Positions 47,006 to 56,370 of a stretch of DNA of 64,000 nucleotides are shown here, in pieces. The stretch's first letter is position 1, and each line of letters begins with the position of its first letter. This stretch comes from Hyphomonadaceae bacterium. Lineage in GTDB: Bacteria; Pseudomonadota; Alphaproteobacteria; Caulobacterales; Hyphomonadaceae. Below the pieces are notes generated by a model, which was given only the letters and a program-made list of their open reading frames with translations, searched no databases and had not been told where the DNA came from. The stretch is from the NCBI GenBank assembly GCA_947478925.1, contig CANJXY010000001.1, forward strand, positions 4,291 to 68,290, in the 5' to 3' direction. A program made the translations under genes and the position numbers.

Positions 47006-47124
47006 CCCGCCCCCCCTTCCCAAACGCTCCCGTTCATCCCAGCTTAATGTTGGGTTGGATCAATTCGATAGCCGGGCGCGGGTCCGCACCGGACAGGAAT
47101 TCTCGAAAAAACAGGGAGCAGACC

Positions 47125-47604
47125 ATGCGTATCGCCGCCCTCGCAGCCGCCGCCTTCGCCACTTTGGCGCTGGCCATGCCTGCCACTGCCTTAACGGTTG
47201 AGGCCAAGATGTCGACCGAGTTCCAGAAGAAGCTGGATAGCGATCTCGGCGCTCGCGAAGCCAAGACGCTCTCCGACGCCCTTACCCGCAAGATCGACAA
47301 CGCGTTCACCAGCGCCGGCGTCAAAGCCGATCATGTGGTAGTCACGATTGAAGACGCCAAACCGAACCGGCCGACGTTCCAGCAGATATCCGACAAGCCA
47401 GGACTCGATGGCCTGCGCTCTTTCAGTATCGGCGGGGCCCGCATTTCCGGTATCGCCTACGACGCCGCGGGCAACGAGATCGGACGCTTCGAGCACAAAT
47501 GGTACGAGACCGATATTGCCAACGCCGTCGCGACTGGCACCTGGAGCGACGCGCGCACGTCGTTCGACCGCTTCGCCCGCCGCTTTGCGGAACAGCTTTC
47601 ATAA
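47125..47604 (+). CDS. secreted hypothetical protein
   Basis: AGGGAG RBS, ATG at 47125, signal MRIAALAAAAFATLALAMPATA. No family recognised. Confidence 0.55.
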   Translation: MRIAALAAAAFATLALAMPATALTVEAKMSTEFQKKLDSDLGAREAKTLSDALTRKIDNAFTSAGVKADHVVVTIEDAKPNRPTFQQISDKPGLDGLRSFSIGGARISGIAYDAAGNEIGRFEHKWYETDIANAVATGTWSDARTSFDRFARRFAEQLS

Positions 47605-47630
47605 GCCTGCCGATAACTCAAGCAATCAGG

Positions 47631-47660
47631 CGCCGCTCCGAAAGGAGCGGCGTTTTGATT
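47631..47660 (+). terminator. Rho-independent terminator (hairpin shared with convergent queE)
   Basis: CGCCGCUCC-GAAA-GGAGCGGCG followed by UUUUGAUU. It lies 5 nt beyond the queE stop on the other strand. Confidence 0.75.
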
Positions 47661-47664
47661 GAAG

Positions 47665-48297
47665 CTAAGGGATTCCTGTAACCTTGTGGGTTTGAAGGCT
47701 CAGCCGCCATTGCGGGTGCGCCAGACAATAAGCGATGCAAGCCGCAGTGTTGGATGCGCGCGCCGGCCCATCCATTGGCTGCAGGAAGAAATTGCGGAAC
47801 GCCAGCGAAGCAAATTGCTCCGGCAGCGCATCGGGCTGCGGATAGACGAGTTTCAGCTCATCGCCCGACGTCTGCTTCAGCTCCGCCGTGGACTTCGGCG
47901 ATACGCACACCCAGTCGAGCGACGACGGCGCATCGACCGTCCCATTCGTCTCAACCGCTACCTCAAAACCTTTGGCGTGCAATGCGGAGATCAGTTGCTT
48001 ATCCAGTTGCAGCAGAGGCTCTCCTCCGGTGCAGACGACGTAGCGCTTGCCATCGGCGCCGCCCCACCGCGCCTCAACGTGCGCGGCGACCATATCGGCC
48101 GTCGCGAACTTGCCGCCGCCATCGCCATTTGTGCCGACGAAATCTGTATCGCAAAACCTGCAAACTGCCGTCGCGCGATCGCGCGCCAGCCCGGACCACA
48201 AGTTGCAACCCGCGAAACGCAGGAACACAGCGGCACGGCCCGTTTGCGCGCCCTCCCCCTGCAACGTATAGAAACATTCCTTCACCGAGTAGGTCAT
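47665..48297 (-). CDS. queE: 7-carboxy-7-deazaguanine synthase (radical SAM)
   Basis: ATG at 48297. [53 protein letters not shown] (cluster motif C-X14-C-X2-C), [16 protein letters not shown]. Confidence 0.88.
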   Translation of the reverse strand: MTYSVKECFYTLQGEGAQTGRAAVFLRFAGCNLWSGLARDRATAVCRFCDTDFVGTNGDGGGKFATADMVAAHVEARWGGADGKRYVVCTGGEPLLQLDKQLISALHAKGFEVAVETNGTVDAPSSLDWVCVSPKSTAELKQTSGDELKLVYPQPDALPEQFASLAFRNFFLQPMDGPARASNTAACIAYCLAHPQWRLSLQTHKVTGIP

Positions 48298-48998
48298 GAT
48301 GGACCGGTCCGCCACTTCGACCAGCCGTTCGCCCGCAGCTCGCACGCCGGGCAGGACCCACACCCATAACCCCACGCGTGTCGATATGTGCGATCACCGA
48401 GATAGCAGGTGTGCGTGTCCTCGACGATCAGGTCGACAAGCTGATGTCCGCCGAGTGCGTCCGCGAGCGCCCACGTCTGCGCCTTGTCGAGATGCATCAG
48501 CGGCGTCTCGACCGTCATGTCGCGATCCATGCCAAGCGTCAGCGATGCCTGGACAGCGTCCAGGGTTGCACGGCGGCAATCGGGATAGCCGGAATAGTCC
48601 GTCTCGCACATGCCGCCGATCAATGCGCCAAGACCGCGACGGTACGCGACAGCGCCCGCCAGCGTGAAGAACACCAGATTGCGTCCCGGCACAAAGGTGC
48701 TCGGCAGGCCATTCTCGGCAAAACCTATCGCTTGCTCGCGCGTCAGAGCCGTGTCCGACACCTCGCCCAATACGCCAAGATCCAGCACCCGATCCTCGCC
48801 CAGCTTCGCTGACCAATCGGGAAAGGCCATACGCAGCTTAGCCAAGAAAACCTGCCGGCAATCCAGTTCAACGCGATGCCGCTGCCGGTAGTCAAACCCG
48901 ACCGTCTCAACACGTTCATGGCGGGCCAACGCCCAGGCGAGGCAAGCCGCGGAATCCTGCCCGCCGGAAAATAGCACGAGAGCCGAGTTGGTCGTCAT
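48294..48998 (-). CDS. queC: 7-cyano-7-deazaguanine synthase
   Basis: ATG at 48998. [14 protein letters not shown] (PP-loop), C-terminal Zn cysteines CYLGD...[12 protein letters not shown] overlap with queE. Confidence 0.9.
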   Translation of the reverse strand: MTTNSALVLFSGGQDSAACLAWALARHERVETVGFDYRQRHRVELDCRQVFLAKLRMAFPDWSAKLGEDRVLDLGVLGEVSDTALTREQAIGFAENGLPSTFVPGRNLVFFTLAGAVAYRRGLGALIGGMCETDYSGYPDCRRATLDAVQASLTLGMDRDMTVETPLMHLDKAQTWALADALGGHQLVDLIVEDTHTCYLGDRTYRHAWGYGCGSCPACELRANGWSKWRTGPS

Positions 48999-49099
48999 GC
49001 CTGTCCGATGGCGCCCGGGCACTTTCGGGTCAAGCCGCCCCTTACGCGATGCCCCATTCTGCTTGCCACCCAGCCCCAACCGGAGCAAAAAGCCGGCAC

Positions 49100-49486
49100 A
49101 TGAACGCGACGATCTACAAGATACTTACAGCCGACCAGCTCGCAGCGGTCGAAGACGGTCACGCCATGGCGGCGCCCGTCGATATTGCTGATGGCTATGT
49201 GCATTTTTCCACCTCGAAGCAGGTTCGGGATACGTTGGCAAAATGGTTCAAGGGCCAGAAAGGCTGCGCGTTGGTTTCGGTCGACAGCCGGGACTTCGGG
49301 CCGGATCTGAAATGGGAAAAGTCGCGCGGTGGTGATTATTTCCCACACGTCTACACGACAGTCCGTGAACACCACATCAGCTCGATCTGGCCGCTCGACG
49401 AATTCGATGCGGAAGGCGTCGCCCTGGTCCCCGAATTCGTCCTGCGCCAACCGGAACCCGACAGCAAACCAGGCAGCGCCAGGTGA
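49100..49486 (+). CDS. DUF952 domain protein
   Basis: ATG at 49100. [14 protein letters not shown]...[12 protein letters not shown]...FPHVY. Stop overlaps the pyrD GTG start. Confidence 0.75.
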   Translation: MNATIYKILTADQLAAVEDGHAMAAPVDIADGYVHFSTSKQVRDTLAKWFKGQKGCALVSVDSRDFGPDLKWEKSRGGDYFPHVYTTVREHHISSIWPLDEFDAEGVALVPEFVLRQPEPDSKPGSAR

Positions 49487-50544
49487 ACCTCTTCGATGTC
49501 GCCTCTCGCGCAGTAAGAATTCTCCCGGCTGAAACCGCTCACCGTTTCACGATCAACGCTCTAAAGACCGGACTCGCCAAACCTTCGTTTGAGATCGACG
49601 ATCCGCGTCTCGCGGTGAAGCTGCGGCGAGCCGGGCTGCACCTGCCAAACCCAATCGGCCTTGCCGCTGGCTTCGACAAGAATGCCGAAGTCTTTTCGCA
49701 GATGCTGGCCTTCGGGTTTGGCCTCACGGAATGCGGCACTGTCACGCCGCGCCCGCAGGACGGCAATCCGCGACCGCGTCTCTTTCGCCTGACGCAGGAC
49801 CACGCGGTGATAAATCGGATGGGCTTTAACAATGAAGGCATCGGCATGTTTGTGCGACGCCTGTCTTCGGCGCCGCGCTCCATCGGCATTGTTGGCGCCA
49901 ACGTTGGCGCGAACAAAGATAGCGAAGATCGCATCGCCGACTATGTTGCAGGCGTGAAGGCCGTCTGGTCCTACAGCAGCTATGTTACTATCAATATTTC
50001 GTCGCCCAATACGCCTGGCCTGCGAGGCCTGCAGGATCGGAGCGCACTCGAGGAATTGCTCGGCCGCATCGGCGACGCCGCACGCGAGATGGAATCGGCG
50101 GTCAAGAACCGGCCCGTGTTCCTGAAAGTAGCGCCGGATCTCGACGACAAGGCCATACAAGACATTGCCGAGGTTGGGCTCGCGCAGGATTGGTTGGCCG
50201 GGCTGATCGTATCGAACACGACCATCGATCGCCCCGAAACCCTGGCCTCCGCCTATAAGCGCGAGACCGGCGGTCTGTCCGGCGCGCCGCTTTTGGAAAA
50301 ATCGACCCGCATTCTGGCAGCATTCCATGCGGTCGTCGGCGATAGGCTCGATCTCATCGGCGCTGGCGGCATCACGTCAGCAGGGGATGTGATCGCCAAG
50401 TTGCGTGCTGGGGCGCAGGCAGTTCAGCTCTACTCAGCGCTTGTGTTCCACGGGCCAATGCTGGTCCGCCGCATTAAGGCCGATCTGATCGCGGTTATGG
50501 AGGCCGAAGGCCTGACCAGTCTTTCCGCATTCCGCACCGCTTGA
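49483..50544 (+). CDS. pyrD: dihydroorotate dehydrogenase (quinone), class 2
   Basis: N-terminal membrane-association helices, GLAAGFDKNAE, GFNNEG, NISSPNTPGLR, SNTT, GGLSG, GAGGI. Confidence 0.9.
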   Translation: MNLFDVASRAVRILPAETAHRFTINALKTGLAKPSFEIDDPRLAVKLRRAGLHLPNPIGLAAGFDKNAEVFSQMLAFGFGLTECGTVTPRPQDGNPRPRLFRLTQDHAVINRMGFNNEGIGMFVRRLSSAPRSIGIVGANVGANKDSEDRIADYVAGVKAVWSYSSYVTINISSPNTPGLRGLQDRSALEELLGRIGDAAREMESAVKNRPVFLKVAPDLDDKAIQDIAEVGLAQDWLAGLIVSNTTIDRPETLASAYKRETGGLSGAPLLEKSTRILAAFHAVVGDRLDLIGAGGITSAGDVIAKLRAGAQAVQLYSALVFHGPMLVRRIKADLIAVMEAEGLTSLSAFRTA

Positions 50545-50787
50545 TTCACGTACTGGTCTGCAGCTCAACTCATCTCGCGACCAAATCGTTGCGTTATGGC
50601 GACGTTCGGTTGAGTCAATTTGTGCTCGCTCGGAAGCAGATAAGGGTCGCCATCGTGACCCGCAATTCCTTATCGTGCTCGAGCGATGCGATGAACGACG
50701 GGTCGGGAATGTACCTGGCGCCATCTGGTCGCCGCGCACACGGCAGGGAAATCGGTTGACGCGAATTGGGTAGCTTGAGGACGTTCG

Positions 50788-51816
50788 ATGGCAACGGGTA
50801 TGGGAAAGAACGAGGCGCCCGCCGAGCACGATAGCGGCGCGGGACAAGTCCATGAGCGAACGATCACTATTGGCGACACGTTGATCGTCATCGACGGCAT
50901 CGCTTCGCTTCAGATTCTGGAGGTACGCCCTGGCTTGTTGCTCGCAGCACTGGGTCTGGTAACCGCCGGCGGCGGGGTCGGCGCGATGACGCTGCTCAAT
51001 ACCTATTACGATTCGTTAGGCCCGAGCGAATCGCCCACGCAGATTGTCGGTCTCATTCTCGTCGGAGTAGGTCTTGCGATGATCGTTGGTAATTGGCTGC
51101 TGCCGGTCCGCCGCGGCCTCGGCATCGGAACGAGCGACGGCCGCACATCCTATGTCGTGTCTAAAGATCGGGCCTTCCTACGTCGCCTGCTGGAAGTTTT
51201 GACCGCGAAGATCAATACCGGAAATGAAAGCCTGACGGCCAGCTTCAATATCACGCACGCCACTTTCAAGATCGATGGTGACCGTCGTCTGGTAACGACC
51301 AAGGACATCGCCTCCAACACAGGCGACCAAACTCCTGACTTTCATCGCTCCATCACGACTGTCGACAGCGCCTCCCTCGCCCCGCATATGCTTGCAGTGG
51401 CGGCGCCTGACTCGGAGGCCGAGCCTGCCGCAGTAATCGATCTAGACGAAGCGCTATTCAGCGACGTTCCGTACTCCGCACGCGCCCCGGTAAACGTGGA
51501 ACCCGGCACCGAACCTCCGATTCCGCCACGCGTTGCCGTCACCCCCCTGACAGGACCCGGTGACTCCCTGCGCGACAGTCCTGAAATTGCCGCGGGCGAG
51601 GCCGACGACCGAGAGTGGCTCAGCATCCCAGGCCGCATCAGCTACGCCTCGGCACCGGAAAAGGGAGGCGCGCTCTGGGTGATGTCACTTGCGCTACTGC
51701 TGCTTGCGGGAGGCGGGGGATTTGCAGGCTGGTACTTCTACAGACAATCGCAGATTCAGCCCGTCGAATCGTCGCTTGCGCTGCCGCATGGCGCTGTCGC
51801 CCAGACAGCCCAATGA
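50788..51816 (+). CDS. orphan membrane protein (TM hairpin near the N-terminus, long acidic/Pro-rich linker, C-terminal TM)
   Basis: GAGGA RBS 6 nt upstream. TM segments LLLAALGLVTAGGGVGAMTLL, IVGLILVGVGLAMIVGNWLL, LWVMSLALLLLAGGGGFAGWYFY. No motif recognised. Confidence 0.6.
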   Translation: MATGMGKNEAPAEHDSGAGQVHERTITIGDTLIVIDGIASLQILEVRPGLLLAALGLVTAGGGVGAMTLLNTYYDSLGPSESPTQIVGLILVGVGLAMIVGNWLLPVRRGLGIGTSDGRTSYVVSKDRAFLRRLLEVLTAKINTGNESLTASFNITHATFKIDGDRRLVTTKDIASNTGDQTPDFHRSITTVDSASLAPHMLAVAAPDSEAEPAAVIDLDEALFSDVPYSARAPVNVEPGTEPPIPPRVAVTPLTGPGDSLRDSPEIAAGEADDREWLSIPGRISYASAPEKGGALWVMSLALLLLAGGGGFAGWYFYRQSQIQPVESSLALPHGAVAQTAQ

Positions 51817-52006
51817 TCGGCCGGCCGGCCCGGTCCGTTCGCCAAGGACTTGGGATCAGCTGTGGCGAACGTCCGGCGTGGCGTTGCGTCCTGGTGGAAG
51901 CGATGGCTCGGTAGACACCCCCGCGTTCCCGCTGCGCCTTCCGGATCGCGGGGTAGGCCCGCGAGACAGGTCGGAGGGAGAGATGCCGGGAGCACCCCTC
52001 ACTTAA

Positions 52007-52038
52007 AGGGCAAAAGACCGGATCCTTTCGGATCCGGC
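52007..52038 (-). terminator. Rho-independent terminator of the UrcA-like gene
   Basis: Minus strand: CCGGAUCC-GAAA-GGAUCCGG followed by UCUUUUGCCCUU. Confidence 0.75.
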
Positions 52039-52071
52039 CTCTCGCCCCGCTGGCGTTGGAAATCGGGGGGA

Positions 52072-52422
52072 TCAGCCGCCAGCGCGAAGGTCGTAGGCTT
52101 GGGCCACCGTAGCCGAAGCGAATCTGGAGATGGTTTTCCGCATGGTCTCGGTCACACAAGCCCGAGCCTGGATGTGCTGGTCCATCGTGATGCGGCCCTG
52201 CGGGATGCAGCGGTCACGGACCGCACCTTCGAGGCGGGCCAGAAGCTTTTCGGCGCCTGGCGCTGTCTGAAGCTCACTGGGCGAATAGACAAACTTGAAC
52301 GCGAACCCATCCCGGTCGCGGTCAGTCTGCGCGAAGGCTGGGCCGGTTGCGAAGCCCACGACAACGGCGCCGATGATGGTGACGCAGGCAATCAGGTTGG
52401 TGGTCGAAGTTGCTGTTCTCAT
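52072..52422 (-). CDS. UrcA-family-like small secreted protein
   Basis: ATG at 52422 has GGAGA 6 nt upstream. Signal ...GFATGPAFAQ. FKFVYSPSELQTAPGAEKLLARLEGAVRDRC...ACV (two conserved Cys). Confidence 0.6.
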   Translation of the reverse strand: MRTATSTTNLIACVTIIGAVVVGFATGPAFAQTDRDRDGFAFKFVYSPSELQTAPGAEKLLARLEGAVRDRCIPQGRITMDQHIQARACVTETMRKTISRFASATVAQAYDLRAGG

Positions 52423-52489
52423 TGTTGTTCTCCGATTGGACATGGCTTTTGCTCTATCGTCCCTCTCGCGCTGGCCCCTGAATGCCATC

Positions 52490-52534
52490 TCGACAGTCGA
52501 TGATTATTTATCGACTAACAATATGACTTGTCAA
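52490..52534 (-). promoter_or_regulatory. candidate promoter with overlapping TCGAC inverted repeats
   Basis: Minus strand has TTGACA (52534-52529), 18 nt, TAAATA (52510-52505). Plus-strand repeats: TCGAC-A-GTCGA (52490-52500) and AGTCGAT-N8-ATCGACT (52495-52516). Confidence 0.4.
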
Positions 52535-52645
52535 TGGACCAAATGTGGCTTCTTCTGGGCAATCGCCCGTCACCCCCTCAAGAAACAGAGGAAAACGCCC
52601 GGTGGCGGATGCCCCGGGCGCTCTGACCATCCGATTTTGCGTAGT

Positions 52646-52951
52646 TTACTTCGCTGCGAAGACGTCGCCGGCGAGCGGAGCGCGCTTGGCGTAGAGTCCA
52701 GTCGGATCCTGCTTGGCCACGTCGGCGCGGGTTTCGTTAACGCAGGCGAGGTACCTGTATAAGCCGACACCGATGACCGCCGTGGAGGCCTCGTGGCAGA
52801 CCGCTTTCACGGCTTGCTCCAGCTCCGCGACATAGGCGTCCGCGGTTTCCACCGAGATCGGCGCTTTGGGCGTCTCAACCGTAACGGGGCCGGCGTGAGC
52901 GACCGCGGTAGCGGACAAGGCAATAGCAGTCAGAATTGCGAGACGTTTCAT
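52646..52951 (-). CDS. UrcA-family-like small secreted protein (paralog)
   Basis: MKRLAILTAIALSATAVAHA signal. ADAYVAELEQAVKAVC...YLACV (two Cys, same layout as the neighbour). Confidence 0.6.
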   Translation of the reverse strand: MKRLAILTAIALSATAVAHAGPVTVETPKAPISVETADAYVAELEQAVKAVCHEASTAVIGVGLYRYLACVNETRADVAKQDPTGLYAKRAPLAGDVFAAK

Positions 52952-53162
52952 GATGTTAAGTCTCCGGGTTGTCGTTTGATTGAACTACTCAACGACCCTG
53001 CAACGTTTCCTTCTGCATGCCTCATCTGCTCTTGTGCACTTGCAAAAACTCCCATGCTGCAGCGCGCTCAGGTAAATCGATTGCGGTTCATCCTGTCGTT
53101 GCGGAAGGCGTGACGCGGGTGAAGTGTCAGTGCAGCTTGCGGGCTGATCAGGGAGCAGGCAG

Positions 53163-54149
53163 ATGCGTGCAGTGGTTTGCGAGGAACTGGCCGCCGACTT
53201 CACGCGGATCGCCCTGAAGGAGCTCTCCACGCCCGAACCGGGACCTGGAGACGTCCGGGTGAAGGTTGAGGCGGCCAGCCTCAATTTCCCCGACCTGCTC
53301 ATGCTCAAGGGCGAATACCAGTTCAAGCCCGAGCCGCCCTTTACCGTGGGAATGGACCTTGCCGGCGTGGTCGACGCCATCGGCCCCGGCGTCATAGGTT
53401 TCCATCTTGGCCAGCGCGTAGCCGGGGGCGCCAAGACCGGCGCCTTCGCAGATTTTGCGATCTGTCCGGCGGCGAACCTTCATCCGATCCCGGAGACGAT
53501 GCCGACGACATCCGCGGCTGCCTACCCGGCCGCCTACGTCACCGCGCATGTCTCTCTGATCGCGCGCGGCCAGATCCAGGCTGGCGAGACGCTTCTTATC
53601 CACGGCGCGTCCGGTGGTGTCGGCATGGCCACCGTCGATGTCGGCCGCCTTCTCGGCGCGCGCGTGATCGCAACCACGGGCTCCGCGGAGAAGGTCGAGG
53701 GGCTGCGTCGCGCCGGCGCAAACGAAGTCATCGTACTCGGCTCCAGAGCAGGAGATGCGTTTCGCGAGCAGGTCAAAGCCCTCACCAGCGGCAAAGGCGC
53801 CGACGTGATTTTCGATCCCGTCGGCGGCGACGTGTTCGACGAGTCGACGCGCTGCATCGCTTTCGCGGGACGATTGCTTGTCATCGGCTTTGCCGGCGGA
53901 CGCATCGCCAGCGTCAACACCAATATCCCGCTGATCAAGGGCTTCTCGGTTGTCGGGGTACGCGCCGGCGAATACGGTCGACAATTTCCAGAACGCGGGC
54001 GCGTTATCCGCGACGAAATTTGGCGCTGGGCAGCCGAAGGCAAGACAAAGCCCGTGGTCTTCGCAGAATTTCCGCTCCATCGCTGGCGCGAAGCGTTCGA
54101 ACTGATGCGCGATCGGAAGCTGGTCGGAAAAGTCGTGCTGAAGCCGTAA
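53163..54149 (+). CDS. NADPH:quinone oxidoreductase / zinc-type alcohol dehydrogenase superfamily (MDR) protein
   Basis: GDVRVKVEAASLNFPD, GMDLAGVV, LIHGASGGVGMA (Rossmann), GKVVLKP. Confidence 0.85.
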   Translation: MRAVVCEELAADFTRIALKELSTPEPGPGDVRVKVEAASLNFPDLLMLKGEYQFKPEPPFTVGMDLAGVVDAIGPGVIGFHLGQRVAGGAKTGAFADFAICPAANLHPIPETMPTTSAAAYPAAYVTAHVSLIARGQIQAGETLLIHGASGGVGMATVDVGRLLGARVIATTGSAEKVEGLRRAGANEVIVLGSRAGDAFREQVKALTSGKGADVIFDPVGGDVFDESTRCIAFAGRLLVIGFAGGRIASVNTNIPLIKGFSVVGVRAGEYGRQFPERGRVIRDEIWRWAAEGKTKPVVFAEFPLHRWREAFELMRDRKLVGKVVLKP

Positions 54150-54734
54150 CTAGCGGAGCCAGCCCGCCAGCACTGAATCCGCTGCCGCGTCGAGCTCTGC
54201 GTCCGTCCACTTGCGGCCCTTCATCTCGGCCTTGAGCAGGTAGGTGATCGGCGCCATGAACAGGCTGCCCAGCAGATCTGGCGGCAGGTTTTTGAAATCC
54301 CCCGAGGCAATTCCTGCCTTGCGAAGATCGCTAACCATGCGACCTACCGCCCGCCCGGCCTCGCCGCCTTCGCGTTCAGCCAACGCCGATTCCGAAAACC
54401 GCTGGCCGAAAGCGAACGCATCCTTGTTGGCGCGATAGGCCAGATAGATGGCCCGCCACGTCCGCTTTAGGCGTTCCGGCGGCGCCATGCTCGTATCCAG
54501 CCCGGTGCCTGCGTCCAGAAACACCTCCTGTTTCATCTGGCGATAGGCCGCGATCAACAGGTCGTCCTTGCTTTCGAAATGCCGGTACAGCGTGCCTTCA
54601 GCCACACCAGCTTCGCCAGCGATCGCCGCTGTCGTTGCTGCTTCCATGCCGTCGCGCGCGACGATCAGGCTGGCAGCCTGCATCAGCTTCGCGCGCGTCG
54701 CCTGTCCAGCGGTAAGGGGGTGGGCCATACTCAT
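54150..54734 (-). CDS. TetR/AcrR family transcriptional regulator
   Basis: N-terminal HTH: RAKLMQAASLIVARDGMEAATTAAIAGEAGVAEGTLYRHFESKDDLL. Confidence 0.85.
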   Translation of the reverse strand: MSMAHPLTAGQATRAKLMQAASLIVARDGMEAATTAAIAGEAGVAEGTLYRHFESKDDLLIAAYRQMKQEVFLDAGTGLDTSMAPPERLKRTWRAIYLAYRANKDAFAFGQRFSESALAEREGGEAGRAVGRMVSDLRKAGIASGDFKNLPPDLLGSLFMAPITYLLKAEMKGRKWTDAELDAAADSVLAGWLR

Positions 54735-54760
54735 GCTCGCAAGGCGCCCGCAATGAGGTG

Positions 54761-54780
54761 GTCTGTCAAGATTAACGGAC
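54761..54780. promoter_or_regulatory. imperfect inverted repeat in the TetR/GNAT divergent region (possible operator)
   Basis: GTCTGT-N8-ACGGAC (5 of 6 positions complementary). Confidence 0.2.
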
Positions 54781-54886
54781 TGCCGCAGGCGTCATCGGAT
54801 CGAAAATCAATGTGGCCGCTGTTGATGATACGCTGGATCGCGTCATGGTCGCGGTCGATCCAGCGCACATGGAAAACTGGCTGACG

Positions 54887-55327
54887 ATGCCCTTCACGAT
54901 CCGCCCCCTTGTCGCTTATGACCGCCCTCGGTGGGAGCCGCTCTGGCAGGGGTATCTGCGCTTCTATGAGAGCGATGTGCCGGCCGACGTCACAAACCTG
55001 ACCTGGACCCGTATCCTGGATCCGGAAGCGCCGATTCTTGGGCTTTGCGCCGCCACTCCGGAAAACGACCTCCTGGGCATAGTGCACTTTCTCTTCCACC
55101 CCGTGACATGGGCCGCCGGCCCGCGCTGCTATCTCGAAGACCTGTTCACCTCCCCCGAGGCGCGCAGCCAGGGCGTTGGCCGCGCCCTGATCGAGGCAGT
55201 CTATGCAGCGGCTGATGCACGTGGCGCGGACCAAGTCTATTGGCTCACGCAGGACTTCAATGCCACCGCACGTCGGCTTTACGACCAGGTGGCCAAAGTA
55301 ACGCCCTTCATCAAGTATCGTCGGTAG
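54887..55327 (+). CDS. GNAT family N-acetyltransferase
   Basis: ATG at 54887 (MPFTIRPL...). LEDLFTSPEARSQGVGRALIEAV (acetyl-CoA motif A R/Q-x-x-G-x-G/A). Confidence 0.75.
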   Translation: MPFTIRPLVAYDRPRWEPLWQGYLRFYESDVPADVTNLTWTRILDPEAPILGLCAATPENDLLGIVHFLFHPVTWAAGPRCYLEDLFTSPEARSQGVGRALIEAVYAAADARGADQVYWLTQDFNATARRLYDQVAKVTPFIKYRR

Positions 55328-56305
55328 GACGTCGCGAGGTCTCCAAACGTTTTTGACTGTCCGCACGAAACGCGGCACCGCGCGAAGCCAATCTCACTGC
55401 AACTACCTATACTTGTCTCGGTGAAAATTCTAATCAGGTGATCGCATCGCTACCAGTCATTCGACGGGTATGGGAATGCACCATGATCCACGCGGTTACA
55501 GTCGACAATTGCCACCTCTACGCCCATCGACTCGATCAGATATGTCGGGTGCGACGCGCTCGTCGGATCGAAGGTCATGGCAGGGGCGGGCAGACATAGC
55601 GTGAGGTACGCGCGACTGACGAAATTGATGATGCTGGCGTGGCCTACCTGCTGAGGATCGATGCCTTCGGTGATGTGGCGGCATCGGTGTGACTCAACCC
55701 GCGGCTTGGCCCCATTCTGCTGAAGAAATCTGCCGGCCGATCTGACGAAGCCTCTGCCGGAGCTGGAACGCGTCGGGGAAATCTTACGCTGGGTCGCCGC
55801 TCCACGACTAAGGGTACCCAACCAAGCCGCGCCAGCCAACCAATCACCAAGGCGATTTGATGGTGGTTATTCTGGATTTCGGCCTCTCGCGCGACCTCAC
55901 ACATCTGAGGATGTTGGCGGAACATCGCGTCGCCGAACGGATCGCAGCCGTCACCGGCCTCGACATTTTCTGGGCGCGCAGCGTGAGGACAAGGTGAGCA
56001 AGTGCACGACCGTCGCGGCCGAAATCGAAATCGGGCTGCACGTTCTCCTTCTCATCCGCGCTGAAACCGACATCTCACGCCACATGCTGGTTGAATCTTT
56101 TTCGAAGCGAGCCGAGCCAATGCAAATATCTGCTGCACTGCGCGATTCTCTTGAAAGCATAGGGGCTCAACGCCTGGACGCCTTGGCGCATGTCATCGCC
56201 GCAGAGCTCGGCGATACGGAAGACCGCGCCTGCGCGATCGAGTTCACAGGCGCGATCGCAGGCCTTTTCGAATCAGCCGGTCTCAAGATCGACGATCACC
56301 CAATC

Positions 56306-56341
56306 CCAAAACAGAAACAGCCCGGTCTTTCGACCGGGCTG
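56306..56341 (-). terminator. Rho-independent terminator of the OmpA-family gene
   Basis: Minus strand: CAGCCCGGUC-GAAA-GACCGGGCUG followed by UUUCUGUUUUGG. Confidence 0.8.
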
Positions 56342-56370
56342 CCTCTTCAGTTCATAGAGATTGATCGTGA

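Noticed and set aside
47041-47060. TTAA-N7-TTGG resembling a CtrA box (TTAA-N7-TTAA)
   Set aside because: Only a half-site match. A single occurrence is insufficient.
48999-49099. preQ1 riboswitch upstream of queC
   Set aside because: The 100-nt divergent region shows no preQ1-I/II-like small hairpin with an A-rich tail that I could recognise.
50434-50853. 139-aa minus-strand ORF overlapping the pyrD end and the orphan gene start
   Set aside because: Overlaps two better-supported genes on the other strand, and its composition is Arg/Ser-rich.
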